Shown here: in pieces, positions 7,848-19,960 of the stretch
Position numbering within the stretch: the stretch's first letter is position 1
Layout of the letters: each line of letters starts with the position of its first letter
Origin: an uncultured bacterium
Lineage (GTDB): Bacteria > CSSED10-310 > CAZUFC01
DNA: 24,843 bases
Assembly: GCA_964619725.1 (NCBI GenBank)
Contig: CAZUFC010000116.1
Coordinates: 1 to 24,843, forward strand
Direction: 5' to 3'
Notes under the pieces: model-generated
What the model saw: the letters and a program-made list of their open reading frames with translations, nothing else
What the model was told of the DNA's origin: nothing
Databases searched by the model: none
Program-made: the position numbers and the translations under genes

Positions 7848-10800
7848 ATGAAAGGAACAGCTATAATCTGGCTACTGTTTTTATCAGTCGCAATATTCCC
7901 AGTAAATTCACAAGGTTCTTCGTTCATACCGCTTCATGTGGACGAGCCGACGGGAGCGGATCGGAGTCAATGGCCTGTAACTGTCGGCGTTCCGTTTCCG
8001 CGGGGTGAGCTTTATTCGTCCGACAATGTGCGGGTTATGAAGGATGGTGTCGAAGTTCCGAGTCAGGTAACGGAAACGGCTTCCTGGACGCTGGGCATTC
8101 TGGACATCGACAATAATTACGTGGATTTTGTGATGAGTTATGATGCAGAAGGCGGGGGAATCGACGGTGTTCTCAAGCTTGAGGGATATTCCGAGGGAGG
8201 GGAGAATCCTTACGTTTACTATGGATTTTCTTCGGTGAATTATACTATTCGGAGCGGGGACAAGCTCGAATATGATATATTTCTTGAATCCGGGAATCCT
8301 GAGATGAACGGAGGCGTTGATCTGATTTTCACGTCGGGGAATCTGCGTGACACGGGGGAGGTGTATGATCAGAACGGCCTTTATTCTCATCCTGCCGTCA
8401 GCCTGGAGGGGTATGCGAACGGCGAGTGGTATCACCGGGAGTTTGATTTAAGCAGCCAGGCGGGCAAGCAGATCAGAAGATGGGATGCGGCTCTGGAGGG
8501 AGATGCTGCCGGCGATTACGTGCTTTACGTAGACAACGTTCAAATTACGCGTGAGGGTGAGATTCAGGCATCGGCATATCCGGAGGATGAAGGGGGCGTG
8601 AAATGGGTCCGGGTAGATTTTTTAGCCGACGTTCCTGCGGACACGCCTCTTTATGACCCTGAAGCGCAACCGGATTATGTCCTGGAATATGGGGATGATG
8701 TTTATCGCGTGGCGGAACCGGTCAGTCCAGTATCTGTCGCGGAATCGTCGCCTGGGGAGTTTATTATAGATGCCGGACCGCTGCAGATTAAAGTGAGCGA
8801 GAATACCGGCGGTTTTATAGATGAAGCGGCGCTGGACGGTGAAGTGATAGTTGATTATGAGCAGGAGACCCGGGGTTCTTTCCTGGATATCGTGGACGTG
8901 GAGGGCGAGGATGTTTCATCAGCGAGCATTTTCGACATAGAGATACTTGAAAATGGTCCTGTTCATGCAATAGTCAGGTGTACAGGCGAGTATACGTATA
9001 ATAACAATGCATCGATTCCCTTTATGCTCTGGCTGCATGCTTATGCGGGCAAGACCCTGCTTCGCGTTGAGCATACTTTCGTTTATACGGGGAATCCGAG
9101 CGTACGGACCGGCGACGGCGCTTATGATTTCGACGAACCGGACGACCGGATAAGGCGTTTGGGCATTAATCTGCCGTTAGAGTTGACCGGCGATACATAT
9201 TTTGCCTTCGGAGGAGAAGAGGCTGTTGTTGAGGGCGATGCGACGGGATGCGAAGAAGCGTACATCATTGAAAAGAACGTAAAGGTAAGTTTCAGTTATG
9301 AGGAAGTATGGAGCCGGACAATCGCTTATGACGATGATACGGGTTATGATTTCAACATAACGGGTCTCACGGTCGAAGAAGGCGACCCGATACTTTTCCT
9401 GGTGGAGAAAAACGGAAATGAAAATTATGATTCAACCTATTTTAATCCGACCATTCAAACTTCCTGGGATGAAACTTACTCGGCGAATGCGGACTTCAGC
9501 GACACGCAGGGGTATCGCAACTGGTATTACCAGGGATACACGGATATCTGGTGGGAGCTTGGCCCGCCGATTTTAACGAATCTGGTCTGGTCCAGTCATT
9601 ACAATCGCTGGCAGGCCAGGATGCCGGGCAGCGATTGGTTTCCTCCGACGGTGGATGCGCAGGGCGCTCATCCTTCAATTGCAGGAGCGGTTCGTAAGTG
9701 GACGGCGCCCCAGGACGGCACGCTGGATATTACCGGTAATGCCCGCAAGATAAACGTCGGCGGCGGCGACGGCGTTATCGTTAAAATTTTAAAAGGGGTT
9801 CCGTTGCCGGCTCAGCAATACCCCATACCGCCCACAACATCGGACAACTATGAACCGAACAGAGAAATGAGATATGAGACTGTTGTCGACGAGGCGCTGG
9901 TCGATTCGGGTGAAATGGCGCCGGGATGGATGGACTACAGTTCGTCTGATAAGGGCGTAACAATAGCGATACCCAACATGGTCGAGGAATATCCTAAAGA
10001 GCTGAAAATCGATGCTTTGTCCGGCAGAGCGACGGTATATCTATGGCCGGACCGCCTGGATGATCCTCAGGGATTCCAGGAACCTCGCCCGAATCACAAT
10101 GATGAAAAGTACGGCAACCTGTCCATGGGTATAGGAAAAAGCCACATCGTAAATTTTTATTTCCACCAGGGCGGGTACGACGAAACGGTTGCAGACGTTG
10201 CAAAAGCCATGACCAGTGATTCCATGGCATATATTTCACCCGAATGGTATGCCGGATCAGGGGCTCTGGAGTATTACGAACCGTTTTACGGGGACCAGAT
10301 TGAGAGTCTTGTAAAAGCTGAAGAGGGGCTTCGGCAGGAATATCTTTTCTGGATGTGGAACCAGGACTATGAAAAATGGTACGGCATGCTGGATTGGGGC
10401 GATATGCAAATATTCTGGCGAGGCGCCTGGGACCCTTATCATACCTGGTATCCCGGAATACAGGATTGGGCTTACGCTCTCGACAGCGAGCTGCCGAATT
10501 ACAACCGCGGGCGATGGGCCTGGAACTGCGGCGAACCGGATGTGGATTACCTGTTATGGCTGCAATTTCTGAGGACGGGAGAACGGTCCTACTATCGCTC
10601 CGCATCGGCATTCACACGGCATATGATGGATGTGGATACCGTTCATTATTATCCCGACGGCTACCCGCGGTCGGACCGTCGCTGGAAATGGCTGATAGGT
10701 CACCAGAGCAGGCATAATATCCTGCATTGGTCCAATCCCTACCCTTGCGATGCCGATCATTTATGGGTAGGCGGCGAGATGCTGAATTATTACCTGACGG

Positions 10801-13800
10801 GATGCCGGCGTTCGTTGGATGTGTGCCGGGAGAGCGTCAATTATGTGGTGGGCAGAAGAGAGTCCGGAGGATACGGCACAGTGGGCAGAGAACAGTTTAA
10901 TTCACTGGCCGCTATGGTCAGGCTTTGGGAATTGGACCCCAATTATGAAGTCGCCTGGTATATGAACGGAGAATCGTCTCCTCGATTCATATCACTGGAC
11001 GACGCTTTCCATAAGATGCTGAATGCATTGAAGTCCGTGGACTGGACCACGAACGGCAGAGTCAATGACTGGCATTTTAATTTGTACGCCAGTCCCGGAT
11101 TGATAAAATATTTCATGCTCACGAACGATGAGCAGGTGAAATGGGGCATGATCGAGCTTGGTTTTGAATATGTAAAAAATTGGGATGGAATATATTCGAA
11201 TTATAATCATTATGCGAAACTGACCATGTTATGGCCCATCTCCTTCGCTTACCTTTATTCAGGAAATACCCAGTGTTTACCGATTGCGGACCAGATACTT
11301 TCAATGAACCAGGCGAATCCGATAGAAGAACCGCCGGAAGGATGGACGCAAAAGGGGCTTTATGAGGCGGTCCGTTCTTCGGGAGCCTATTTCGATTGGT
11401 GCGACAACGGATTGAGGACGACGGCAGCCGCCATGATCGGGTGTCCTCGATACATGCATGCGAAGTCTGCCGCTGAATCGGAAGACAGCGACGGCGACGG
11501 CATACCCGATGAGGTAGAGGAAAATATCGGAACAGACCCGGAAAATGTTGATACGGACGGCGACGGAATTTCTGACGGGGACGAGCAGAACCATTTCAAC
11601 CTGGACCCGGACGGCGATGCGTTGACGAACGCTCTTGATACCGACAGCGATGGAGACGGCGTGCCGGATGCGATGGAGCCCGATCCTTTCGGCGATGCGG
11701 ACGGCGACGGACTGATTAATTATCTGGACAGCGACAGCGACAACGACGGCATTCCCGATGGTGAAGAAGATACCGATCATGACGGAGAGATAGACCCCGG
11801 TGAAACCAATCCTCTTTCTGACGATACGGATAATGATGGATTGACCGACAATGTGGAGACCAATACAGGCGAGTTTATCGATTCGTCCGATACCGGTACG
11901 GACCCGCTGAACCCGGATTCCGATGGAGATGCCGTAATTGACGGGGAAGAACTTACCGAGGAATTCGACCCCAACGATCCCGGAAATGGCTATTTAGTGA
12001 AGTACGGCATGATCGGAAACGAAACCTGGCAGAATGGAATTACATATTTCCTGAGCGCCGATGTGACTGTAAGCGCGAACTGTTCGCTTTCAATAGAACC
12101 AGGCGCCGTGCTCAAATATAACGATGGAGTGAAGCTGGCCTCAAAAAGCGGCGCCGTCAGTTCAATTTCAGCTCGCGGCCTTCGGGATCAATATATTCAT
12201 TGCACTTCAAAATATGACGATACAACCGGGGCCGGGATTCATATCAAATCGCAAAACCAGCGTCCCCCGGCCGAAGGGGATTATGATTGCGCTTTCCTGC
12301 TCAGCACAGGCTCGTCCGTCGACAGCGTTGTTCAACATTGCAGCATTTCGTATGGGAGGCGAGGAATAATCGTCAGAGAAACCAATGTGAGGGAATGGCA
12401 GAATGACGATTTCGAAGGACCAGAGCTGGATGACAAGTGGGATGCGTTGCGTTTGCCGGAAGATTGGGGCGTCAGCGCCGGAGAACTTTTTATGATTCCT
12501 GACGAAGGGGATGATTTCAGGGAAGGAAACAATACCGCACCTTTGATCTGGCAGGATATGCCTGCCGGTGACTGGTCGGCAACGATTAAAATCAGAATGG
12601 ACCAGCTTACTTGCGGCGGCAATGCAGGCATTGTCGTCTATCAGGACGACGATAACTGGATCAAAGTATACCGTTCCTACGGCGGCTGGTGCATCAACGG
12701 GGATTGGGAGATTGCAGGAAATTACGTTTACGGCGGTCACGGCATCGTCTACGACGAAGTCGGTTGGCAACCTCCCTACAATACCGTTTATCTTAAAATT
12801 CAAAAAGCGGGTAATCATTACAGTTGGTTCGGCTCTCAGAACCGCGTCGACTGGATATCTTTCGGCTCAGGCGGAGCGACTGTTAATTTGCAGAATCCCA
12901 AGGTCGGTTTAACGACTTACGCTGGAGACGGAAGCGATTGCAGGCGTTATTTTGATAACTTCCGGGTGGGTGGACAATGCTCGTTTTATCTTGAGGAACC
13001 TGTTGCTCATAATATAGTCATGCATGTCAGCTATGAGGGAATACTGGCAGAACCTTCAGAAGGAATAAGCAACATCCTGGATTCAGGTCTTACGATACTC
13101 AATAACCTGATTTGCGAGACTCAGGGCTGCGGGATACTGGCTGTTCCCTGCGGAGCGAATATTATCCTGGAACATAACACCTGCAGCGATGTGCCGTATT
13201 CGGGGATAAGCATAGAAGCAGGCGGCGAGAATACTCGGGTATTTTACAATATTCTGACGGAAACCGGCGGTGTGGGTCTTTACTATGAGACGGAGAGCAT
13301 GGAGCGCGGTTACAACGCATACTACGACAATGGAGACGGACCTGTCAGCATGGGAGAACCGGGCGAAGGCAGCTTTGTCCTGGGCGCGAATCCCTATGGT
13401 GAGGATTATTGTCTCAATGATAACGATCCCGGCGGGTATGAAGCGCAGGATGCCTCGGACAGAGACGTATACGAAGCTGGATTTGACCTGCTGTCCGCTA
13501 CGCGATGCGACGGTTGCCCGGATATGGGGATTGCTGACCTGGGTTTCCACCGGCTTCTTAACGATGCGGACGGCGACGGATTGGCCGATGACGTTGAGAC
13601 GGGCACTGGCGTATACATCGACGAATGCGACACAGGGACTGATCCTTATTCAGAAGACACTGACGGCGACGGCATAATCGATACGGAAGAAAGTCTCCAC
13701 GGAATCGACGGCATAATAACGAATCCCTGCAATTACGATATGGACGGCGATGGGCTCAGCGACGGCGAGGAACTTACAGGACAGGATGATCCCGAGACGC

Positions 13801-16800
13801 CGGCAGTTCCGGATGGAAGGACCGATCCTCGGGATGCGGATAATGATTACTTCATGGTCTATGGCGCAATCGAAGCTGATTCCTGGACTTCCGGAGAAAC
13901 CTATTTCCTCTCAAATAATGCTGAAAAGAAGGACGGTTCAACGCTCTCCGTAGAACCGGGCGTATTCATTAAATTCAACGATGATCCGAAAACTTCGCTG
14001 ATCATCGGCGAAGACTCTGCCTTCGCTGCTCAGGCCCCGTACGGCGATTACATCATTTTCACATCAATGAACGACGATTCAGCCGGCGCTGAAATATTCG
14101 GCAGTACAGGAGCGCCGCAACCTTCGGATTATGACGCCGCGCTTTATTTAAAAGCGAACTCGAATGCTGGCAGCATAATTCAGCTATGTGAGTTCCGGTA
14201 TGCTTCATCCGCTATTCTGCTCTGGGAACTGAACATAACGGCTCCCATTGCATACAATGCCGTTTTTAACTGTGGCGGCTGGGCGGTCTGTATTGAACCG
14301 TGTTCGATTCCCTGCGACATTGTCTTCATGAATAATCTGATCGTTCAGGGCGAGCGCGGGATGCATATACGGGTCGACGGCACGGAATCTTCACAGATTG
14401 AAGTGGCGAATAATACGATCATCAATCATGCGAATGCCGGCATAAACGTAGAGTGCGGAACGGAAAACGTTATAATTAAAGACAATTTGATCGCCGGCAA
14501 CGGGATAGGAATGATAAACGATTCTGGTGTTTTCACATGCGACTATAATGGTTATTGGAATAACGGCGAAAATCTTGTTAATCACGGCGAACCCTTGAGC
14601 CTGGGTGAAAACGCGGTATTGCTTCAGGAAAATCCTTTCAGTATGCCTGATGAGTATTATCTCGATCAGGAATGCGCACTGATCGATGCGGGAAGCCGGA
14701 CGGCAGAAGAAGCCGGACTCAGCGCTTTCACGACCTCCGAAGAAGGAACGCCGGACAGCGGCATGGTCGATACCGGTTACCATTATCCGTCTTATCCTTT
14801 TCCAACGCCGACCGCCACGCCGACGCCGTATTGTTCTCCTACGCCTTATTACACGCCGACGCCGTTCATTCCTCTGATAAATAATGAGGTTCTATATAAC
14901 GGTCCGGGTTCTGAATGGGATACTGAGTATATGGAGATAGTCAACAGCGCCTCTTACGATTACACATTTATTGACATGTATGTTGTGGAAAGCTCAAACA
15001 ATGGTACGATTAAATCTTTTCCCATTTCTTCAGGTTCGGTTATCGGCCCCGGTGAATACATGGTTTTCGGTAATGACCAGGGTTACGAGATAAGATTGAG
15101 CAACAACAAAGACTGGATAGGCATCGGAAGGCTCAAACCGGGAAGGTCCGGCAGGGGAGTCGACGATTTCGACCTGTGGTCATGCGGCGTATACTGGGGC
15201 AATCCGACGAATCCGCCGCCTCCGGAAAATTTCAGCGCTGTTCCGGGCGGATGTCGCGATAATGAAAGCGTCTGCCGTTGTCCCGATGCCTGCGCAGGTT
15301 CCCCGGATCAATACGAATTCAGGAAGAGCATTCCCACCAGGGGAGAAGCGAATTTCTGCTGTGATTGGGAAGAGGATGCGGTTCTGATTGCGGAAGGTTC
15401 GGCTATGGGATATTCCAGGGACATTGCTGCGGACGGGGAAGGAAATGCCCTGGCTGTTTATACCGTAGATAATGAGACCGCTCTCTATGTGAGAAGATTC
15501 GACGGGGAACAGTGGCTGCCGCCAGTAATGTTAAGCGGCCAAGGTCCTGAATATGGAGAAATTCGTAAAGTGGATGTTGAATTCGACGGCAACGGCGATG
15601 CAATATGCGCCTTTACACAGGAAGCGGATACTGGAAGCGGCATGGAAAGAACCATGATAATCAGAAGGTACGACCGTTCCATGGATGCCTGGGGAGATTT
15701 CACCTGCTTGTTCAGTCCGGTTGATGATTGGATCATCGTCATTGAATTGGAATTCGATGCGAACAACAACGCCATGCTGGTCGCTTGCGAATGGGGGGAC
15801 GAGATTTACGCCTTCAGATACGATTATGATGCAAACGAATGGAGCGACAGGGAAATAATCAGCGGTGAAGAAGAGATTGTTGCCGTATTGCAGGAAACTC
15901 CCACGGATATCGCCTGCGACGGAGAGGGGAATTACGTCGCAGTTTACGGCGCTTATATCGGTGACGAAGAATATGCGGTTTATGCAAACAGATATTTGAT
16001 CGATACAGGATGGACGGGACCGGAAAGAATCGACGACGGAATCGGCGCCGGAGGAAACCTCATTTGCCCCAGAGTAGCCTTTGATCCTCAAGGAAAGACA
16101 GTGGCTGTTTTTTCTGAAATAGGCGCAGAAAATAAAGTATACTTCACCGAAAGAGATGAAAACGGATGGTCCGATCCTGTCGCTTTCAGCGGAGATACGG
16201 CCGCCCTTTTCATGGACATGGACGGTTCTCAGAACAGTCAACCGGTTTGCGTGTGGGTCTCCCCACCGGGCCAGCAATTTGTGTATGCCGCATTTTTCGA
16301 CGGCTCAGAATGGACTTCTCCTGTATTGATCAGCGACCATTCCGGCTATTGCGATGACGAAGCCTGCTTTTTCTATCCCGACGTAGAAGTCGGCGGCGAA
16401 AACCGCATCATAGCCTCATTCAAACAGGGAAACGAGTCCTGGCCTGAAGGAGTATACGGAACGGTCCTCTTTTCCGGTGTCTGGACGAAACCTGTTTTAA
16501 TGGAACCGGAAGGGAGTTGCGAAGCTGCAATTGTCGTCGCAGGGACGGGTACCGGTTTTATGATGTATAGAAATTACACATCGCCGGGCAGCGAAATATA
16601 CGTTCGACGATACGTCTGTCAAACTTCCATGTGGGAACCAACTGTGACGCCGACCTTTGTCCCCGCTCCAACCTGTACCCCGCAACCGACAGAATTTCCG
16701 ACACAATCGCCGACGCCGTATCCTTCATCTGCCTCTCCAACAAACACGCCTGACAGCACGGCGACAAACACTCCTGCAAGAACGCCGACGTCAAATACAC

Positions 16801-17006
16801 CCACGCCGGAATCAACCGTTCCGCCGTCTCCAACGGCATCTTTCACCATAACAACGCCAACGCCGACTCCAACTCCAACCAATGTCAACCCGCCTATACC
16901 AACCACGGAAACTGCAGGATTGATCATTCTTACGGCATTATCGACGTTGATGCTTTTTCGACAGAGGTTCCGGGGCACGAAGAAAAATAAAATCAGGGGG
17001 GCTTGA
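7848..17006 (+). CDS. Giant surface-anchored protein: YetA/PcRGLX (PL26)-like lyase region, TSP3-like Asp repeats, two beta-helix modules, ConA-like domain, lamin-tail-like domain, propeller-like region, IPTL-CTERM anchor
   Basis: 3052-aa ORF with GGAGGAG RBS and signal peptide; [46 protein letters not shown]; DxDGDG runs; INNEVLYN...[31 protein letters not shown] plus basic tail. Confidence 0.85.
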   Translation: MKGTAIIWLLFLSVAIFPVNSQGSSFIPLHVDEPTGADRSQWPVTVGVPFPRGELYSSDNVRVMKDGVEVPSQVTETASWTLGILDIDNNYVDFVMSYDAEGGGIDGVLKLEGYSEGGENPYVYYGFSSVNYTIRSGDKLEYDIFLESGNPEMNGGVDLIFTSGNLRDTGEVYDQNGLYSHPAVSLEGYANGEWYHREFDLSSQAGKQIRRWDAALEGDAAGDYVLYVDNVQITREGEIQASAYPEDEGGVKWVRVDFLADVPADTPLYDPEAQPDYVLEYGDDVYRVAEPVSPVSVAESSPGEFIIDAGPLQIKVSENTGGFIDEAALDGEVIVDYEQETRGSFLDIVDVEGEDVSSASIFDIEILENGPVHAIVRCTGEYTYNNNASIPFMLWLHAYAGKTLLRVEHTFVYTGNPSVRTGDGAYDFDEPDDRIRRLGINLPLELTGDTYFAFGGEEAVVEGDATGCEEAYIIEKNVKVSFSYEEVWSRTIAYDDDTGYDFNITGLTVEEGDPILFLVEKNGNENYDSTYFNPTIQTSWDETYSANADFSDTQGYRNWYYQGYTDIWWELGPPILTNLVWSSHYNRWQARMPGSDWFPPTVDAQGAHPSIAGAVRKWTAPQDGTLDITGNARKINVGGGDGVIVKILKGVPLPAQQYPIPPTTSDNYEPNREMRYETVVDEALVDSGEMAPGWMDYSSSDKGVTIAIPNMVEEYPKELKIDALSGRATVYLWPDRLDDPQGFQEPRPNHNDEKYGNLSMGIGKSHIVNFYFHQGGYDETVADVAKAMTSDSMAYISPEWYAGSGALEYYEPFYGDQIESLVKAEEGLRQEYLFWMWNQDYEKWYGMLDWGDMQIFWRGAWDPYHTWYPGIQDWAYALDSELPNYNRGRWAWNCGEPDVDYLLWLQFLRTGERSYYRSASAFTRHMMDVDTVHYYPDGYPRSDRRWKWLIGHQSRHNILHWSNPYPCDADHLWVGGEMLNYYLTGCRRSLDVCRESVNYVVGRRESGGYGTVGREQFNSLAAMVRLWELDPNYEVAWYMNGESSPRFISLDDAFHKMLNALKSVDWTTNGRVNDWHFNLYASPGLIKYFMLTNDEQVKWGMIELGFEYVKNWDGIYSNYNHYAKLTMLWPISFAYLYSGNTQCLPIADQILSMNQANPIEEPPEGWTQKGLYEAVRSSGAYFDWCDNGLRTTAAAMIGCPRYMHAKSAAESEDSDGDGIPDEVEENIGTDPENVDTDGDGISDGDEQNHFNLDPDGDALTNALDTDSDGDGVPDAMEPDPFGDADGDGLINYLDSDSDNDGIPDGEEDTDHDGEIDPGETNPLSDDTDNDGLTDNVETNTGEFIDSSDTGTDPLNPDSDGDAVIDGEELTEEFDPNDPGNGYLVKYGMIGNETWQNGITYFLSADVTVSANCSLSIEPGAVLKYNDGVKLASKSGAVSSISARGLRDQYIHCTSKYDDTTGAGIHIKSQNQRPPAEGDYDCAFLLSTGSSVDSVVQHCSISYGRRGIIVRETNVREWQNDDFEGPELDDKWDALRLPEDWGVSAGELFMIPDEGDDFREGNNTAPLIWQDMPAGDWSATIKIRMDQLTCGGNAGIVVYQDDDNWIKVYRSYGGWCINGDWEIAGNYVYGGHGIVYDEVGWQPPYNTVYLKIQKAGNHYSWFGSQNRVDWISFGSGGATVNLQNPKVGLTTYAGDGSDCRRYFDNFRVGGQCSFYLEEPVAHNIVMHVSYEGILAEPSEGISNILDSGLTILNNLICETQGCGILAVPCGANIILEHNTCSDVPYSGISIEAGGENTRVFYNILTETGGVGLYYETESMERGYNAYYDNGDGPVSMGEPGEGSFVLGANPYGEDYCLNDNDPGGYEAQDASDRDVYEAGFDLLSATRCDGCPDMGIADLGFHRLLNDADGDGLADDVETGTGVYIDECDTGTDPYSEDTDGDGIIDTEESLHGIDGIITNPCNYDMDGDGLSDGEELTGQDDPETPAVPDGRTDPRDADNDYFMVYGAIEADSWTSGETYFLSNNAEKKDGSTLSVEPGVFIKFNDDPKTSLIIGEDSAFAAQAPYGDYIIFTSMNDDSAGAEIFGSTGAPQPSDYDAALYLKANSNAGSIIQLCEFRYASSAILLWELNITAPIAYNAVFNCGGWAVCIEPCSIPCDIVFMNNLIVQGERGMHIRVDGTESSQIEVANNTIINHANAGINVECGTENVIIKDNLIAGNGIGMINDSGVFTCDYNGYWNNGENLVNHGEPLSLGENAVLLQENPFSMPDEYYLDQECALIDAGSRTAEEAGLSAFTTSEEGTPDSGMVDTGYHYPSYPFPTPTATPTPYCSPTPYYTPTPFIPLINNEVLYNGPGSEWDTEYMEIVNSASYDYTFIDMYVVESSNNGTIKSFPISSGSVIGPGEYMVFGNDQGYEIRLSNNKDWIGIGRLKPGRSGRGVDDFDLWSCGVYWGNPTNPPPPENFSAVPGGCRDNESVCRCPDACAGSPDQYEFRKSIPTRGEANFCCDWEEDAVLIAEGSAMGYSRDIAADGEGNALAVYTVDNETALYVRRFDGEQWLPPVMLSGQGPEYGEIRKVDVEFDGNGDAICAFTQEADTGSGMERTMIIRRYDRSMDAWGDFTCLFSPVDDWIIVIELEFDANNNAMLVACEWGDEIYAFRYDYDANEWSDREIISGEEEIVAVLQETPTDIACDGEGNYVAVYGAYIGDEEYAVYANRYLIDTGWTGPERIDDGIGAGGNLICPRVAFDPQGKTVAVFSEIGAENKVYFTERDENGWSDPVAFSGDTAALFMDMDGSQNSQPVCVWVSPPGQQFVYAAFFDGSEWTSPVLISDHSGYCDDEACFFYPDVEVGGENRIIASFKQGNESWPEGVYGTVLFSGVWTKPVLMEPEGSCEAAIVVAGTGTGFMMYRNYTSPGSEIYVRRYVCQTSMWEPTVTPTFVPAPTCTPQPTEFPTQSPTPYPSSASPTNTPDSTATNTPARTPTSNTPTPESTVPPSPTASFTITTPTPTPTPTNVNPPIPTTETAGLIILTALSTLMLFRQRFRGTKKNKIRGA

Positions 17007-17018
17007 GGAAACTTTAAA

Positions 17019-17038
17019 TAGCTCCTGTCCATAAACTC
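17019..17038 (+). repeat. Isolated end of repeat family A
   Basis: ctgtccataaactc (17025-17038) is the exact reverse complement of 3707-3720. Confidence 0.6.
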
Positions 17039-17172
17039 AGGGATCGTTAACTTCCATCAGTTTATTATTAAAAAAAATGGTCAACATTCACAAAAGTTAT
17101 CGTTATACCCCCCCCTGTTTCCCCCTGCGAGCGGAATACGCATTAGGTTAAGGTTTAGTTCATTGCTTTTCA

Positions 17173-17919
17173 GGGTCTGATCAAACCGGGGTTACACATC
17201 TTTCAAGGCTTTCGACAGTTTGTTTCAGTAATCGGGGTCGGTATCGGGATCGGGATCGAAATCTGGGACTGATCAAACGGGGTTACACATCTTTCAAGAC
17301 TTTCGACAGTTCGCTTCAGTAATCGGTATCGGGTTCGCAATCGAAATCGAAACAAAATGATGGGATATTCCGCAGAATTTTAACCTCAAAAGACGCATTT
17401 TTGATAAATGCCATAAATTCAATACGCGTTTGTGGTTACATATGAAGAAAAACAACCCCCGATACGCTAATGTCCATGCTTCGTCGCGAGCGACTCGCAT
17501 CGACATAAGCGTATCTGCCCTCTTTGTTAAGCCTGTCGATTTAATCGAAAATGGCGCACTTCCGCTACAGCATATCGCAGTATTAATCATGAAGTCCACA
17601 ATATGTCGTATGCTGAACACCGCTTTTTCGATTAAATCGACGCCCCGTGTTAAGGGGGATTTCACTCAATCAATTTTTTGCCGGCAAAACCTGTTGCCCC
17701 TGTTTGATCTGTCCAGATTTACCGACCTGCGAAAGATTGCATCAAAAAAATGGACAATGGTGAAAAAGGGGCTTTTGAGGTTACACTTTTTCCGAATATC
17801 CCATCATTTTGTTTCGATTTGGCTTGCGATACCAATTGTGATTGGGATACCGATCCCCGATTAACGAAACAAACTGTCAAACGTTTTGAAGAAAGTGTAA
17901 CCCCGGTTTGATCAGACCC
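17173..17919. mobile_element. Non-autonomous foldback/MITE-like element, family B
   Basis: 25-bp perfect terminal inverted repeat GGGTCTGATCAAACCGGGGTTACAC; left end duplicated at 17265; imperfect arms ~17265-17392 versus ~17772-17919. No transposase and no clear target-site duplication. Confidence 0.7.
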
Positions 17920-17980
17920 AAAAAATGAATTATTGAAAATAAGCCGGATGCGACATATCAACGCGCTACGATTCTCCTAA

Positions 17981-18072
17981 GCGCCGGAGGCGCGTAATGT
18001 GAAAGTCTGGGGTTAAGCGAAGCGCAACCCCAAGTCAGCAACCCTAAAATAAAAAGCTCTGAAGAGCGAAAT
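17981..18072. repeat. REP-like cluster of three short hairpins
   Basis: GCGCC-gga-GGCGC; TGGGGTT-aagcgaagcgc-AACCCCA; GCTC-tgaa-GAGC. Confidence 0.6.
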
Positions 18073-18232
18073 CATGCCTAGTTTCTTATATCGTCGCCGT
18101 TTAAATAGGACGAAGTTCAGGATTTTTGAACGGCGGTCAATCGGAATGTGACTGCAACGGCGAATCAGGTTTGTACACGGGCAAAGGTAATGACGAACAT
18201 TTTTTTCAGGCGCTGGTCAGATATCCGTGTTT

Positions 18233-18448
18233 CGAGGTTACATTTTTTGCAGACTGGAATAATTAAGAATCTTTAAAAATATGACAAAGAGAGAACAAAT
18301 TGGCTCGTAATTATTTTTTCCGACTGCGATCCCGACCCCGACTCCGACTGCGATCCCGATACCGACACAAGCAATCCTCGAAGAAAAAACAGGATTTCAC
18401 TTGGTCAAATGTTTTATGAAAAAGTGTATCGCTGGTTTGATCAGTCCC
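18233..18448 (-). repeat. Family B copy, reverse orientation
   Basis: Ends aaagtgtatcgctggtttgatcagtccc; hexamer tract (ccgact gcgatc ccgacc ccgact...) at ~18320-18367; gaggttaca block shared with ~17777. Confidence 0.7.
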
Positions 18449-18511
18449 CGCAATTTTGATTCAGGAGCTGACTAATTTTGCATAAAATGCCGAGTTGCCG
18501 GGAGTGCGTCA

Positions 18512-19801
18512 TCAGGAAGCGTTTCTTTTAAAGTTGAATCGTTCGTAATAGTAATCGTATCGGGAACGGAGGTTCTTTTCGTTAAGTCCGAAATCTTCCA
18601 GGCAGTATTTATGCATGCCGTGTTTATGCCTGGGATTGTTTTTGAGCCAGTCGCGCATTTTTTGTTCGAATTCCGGGGTATATTCGAATCCGAAATGTTC
18701 ATAAATTCTTTTGACTATGCTGATGGGGTCTTTGATCAGGTTTGAGAAGTCGATATCGAAGAAATTTTTCTGATCGTGTTTGTCTCTGATGTTTATGTAA
18801 CGTTTAAGGCTGAGGTCGTAGGATTCGAGGAGATATTCCATGAGTTCGCTGAGGACGAGGTTTTTGTTGAACATGCCGTTGATGGAGGCCAGGAGGCTTC
18901 CTGCGGAGGGGACGACGGAGGCGAGGTCCCTGTGAGTCTGGACTATGCAGGCATCAGGATATGTTTTGAGGAGGGCATCGAGGGTAAACAGATGAAAGGG
19001 TGATTTAAGTATCCAGCGTTCGCATTGATTTCTTCTTTGCAGCATTTGGAGGATAAGTTTGTGATATTGATAAGCCTTGTCGTCATAATCGGATTTTTCC
19101 AGCCATTCCTTGTATCGTTCCAGTTTGCCTTCAAAGAGGAAGGAACGGCAGACGAATGTGTTTTCCAGGAGGTAGAAACATTCTTCGTAGCTGTCGACGG
19201 ACATGGGGTGTTTCGTTTTGAGTTCCCGGGCAAATGTGTCGATAGCCTGCAGGTAACGGCGGGCGATGTATTTCTGGAAGTCGGGTCTTATGCCGGACTT
19301 TTCAGGCGGCGGAACCGGTATCAGGGCTTCCCATAAATACAGTCCTTTATTGGTCGGGTCCTGGCACAGGAGTCTCTGCAGAACCGTGGTGCCTGTTCGG
19401 GGCAGGCTGACTATGAAGAGCGGTTGCCTGATTTTCTCGTTTTTGACTTCCGGATGCTGTTTCAGTTCTTCCTGGATGAACAGCCTGTTTCTGAGCAGAT
19501 GAAATATTTTTTCATAAAAAGAGGCTTTAGCCATGAAAGGTTTGTGCTTTGATTCCTCATCGAAAGATTTCATCAGTACTTTCAAAGGAGTTATGTAATC
19601 GTCGTCGCCGAAATCCTTAAGCGACGTTTCCTTCTGGGCTCGCTTCATAAGGAAAAGAAGCCGTGCGGCGCCGCCGGCCTTTCTTTCCCATAATTTTCCA
19701 AAGTTATTAACGAAAAAGAGAAACAATTTTCCCCTGAGTTTTCTGTCCGGTTTATGAATTTTTTTCATCGTATTTTGTCGGTCTTTCATTTTATTGTTCA
19801 A
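18512..19801 (-). CDS. PAPS-dependent sulfotransferase (Sulfotransfer_3 / mycobacterial Stf-like); start may be ATG 19789 or 19768
   Basis: PLFIVSLPRTGTT 5'-PSB loop, WILKSPFHL, THRDLASVVPS 3'-PB motif, HKYCLEDFGL tail. Confidence 0.9.
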   Translation of the reverse strand: MNNKMKDRQNTMKKIHKPDRKLRGKLFLFFVNNFGKLWERKAGGAARLLFLMKRAQKETSLKDFGDDDYITPLKVLMKSFDEESKHKPFMAKASFYEKIFHLLRNRLFIQEELKQHPEVKNEKIRQPLFIVSLPRTGTTVLQRLLCQDPTNKGLYLWEALIPVPPPEKSGIRPDFQKYIARRYLQAIDTFARELKTKHPMSVDSYEECFYLLENTFVCRSFLFEGKLERYKEWLEKSDYDDKAYQYHKLILQMLQRRNQCERWILKSPFHLFTLDALLKTYPDACIVQTHRDLASVVPSAGSLLASINGMFNKNLVLSELMEYLLESYDLSLKRYINIRDKHDQKNFFDIDFSNLIKDPISIVKRIYEHFGFEYTPEFEQKMRDWLKNNPRHKHGMHKYCLEDFGLNEKNLRSRYDYYYERFNFKRNAS

Positions 19802-19920
19802 TTAATCAATTGATCAGTAATCCAAGTAAGTTCAATACGACCACGTCAAAGAAATTTTCAACAACGCAGCCTGCCAATCGCCAACCCTCCAACCTCCCGA
19901 GAATCCAGGCAACAACCGTT

Positions 19921-19960
19921 CCAATCATCCACCCATCCAATCTTGCAATCTTCCATCCTT
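19921..19960. repeat. Degenerate 8-bp tandem repeat, 5 copies
   Basis: ccaatcat ccacccat ccaatctt gcaatctt ccatcctt. Confidence 0.7.

Noticed and set aside
7908-17032. Many short overlapping or antisense ORFs inside the long genes
   Set aside because: They are shadows of long coding frames with no recognisable motifs.
17173-17360. CRISPR array
   Set aside because: Only two adjacent units, similar along their whole length, with no unique spacers and no cas genes.
17294-17961. ORFs 17294-17665, 17430-17864 and 17719-17961 as a transposase or real genes
   Set aside because: They lie in palindromic repeats (hence the shared ISHHFVSI), have no DDE or HUH motifs and use weak starts.
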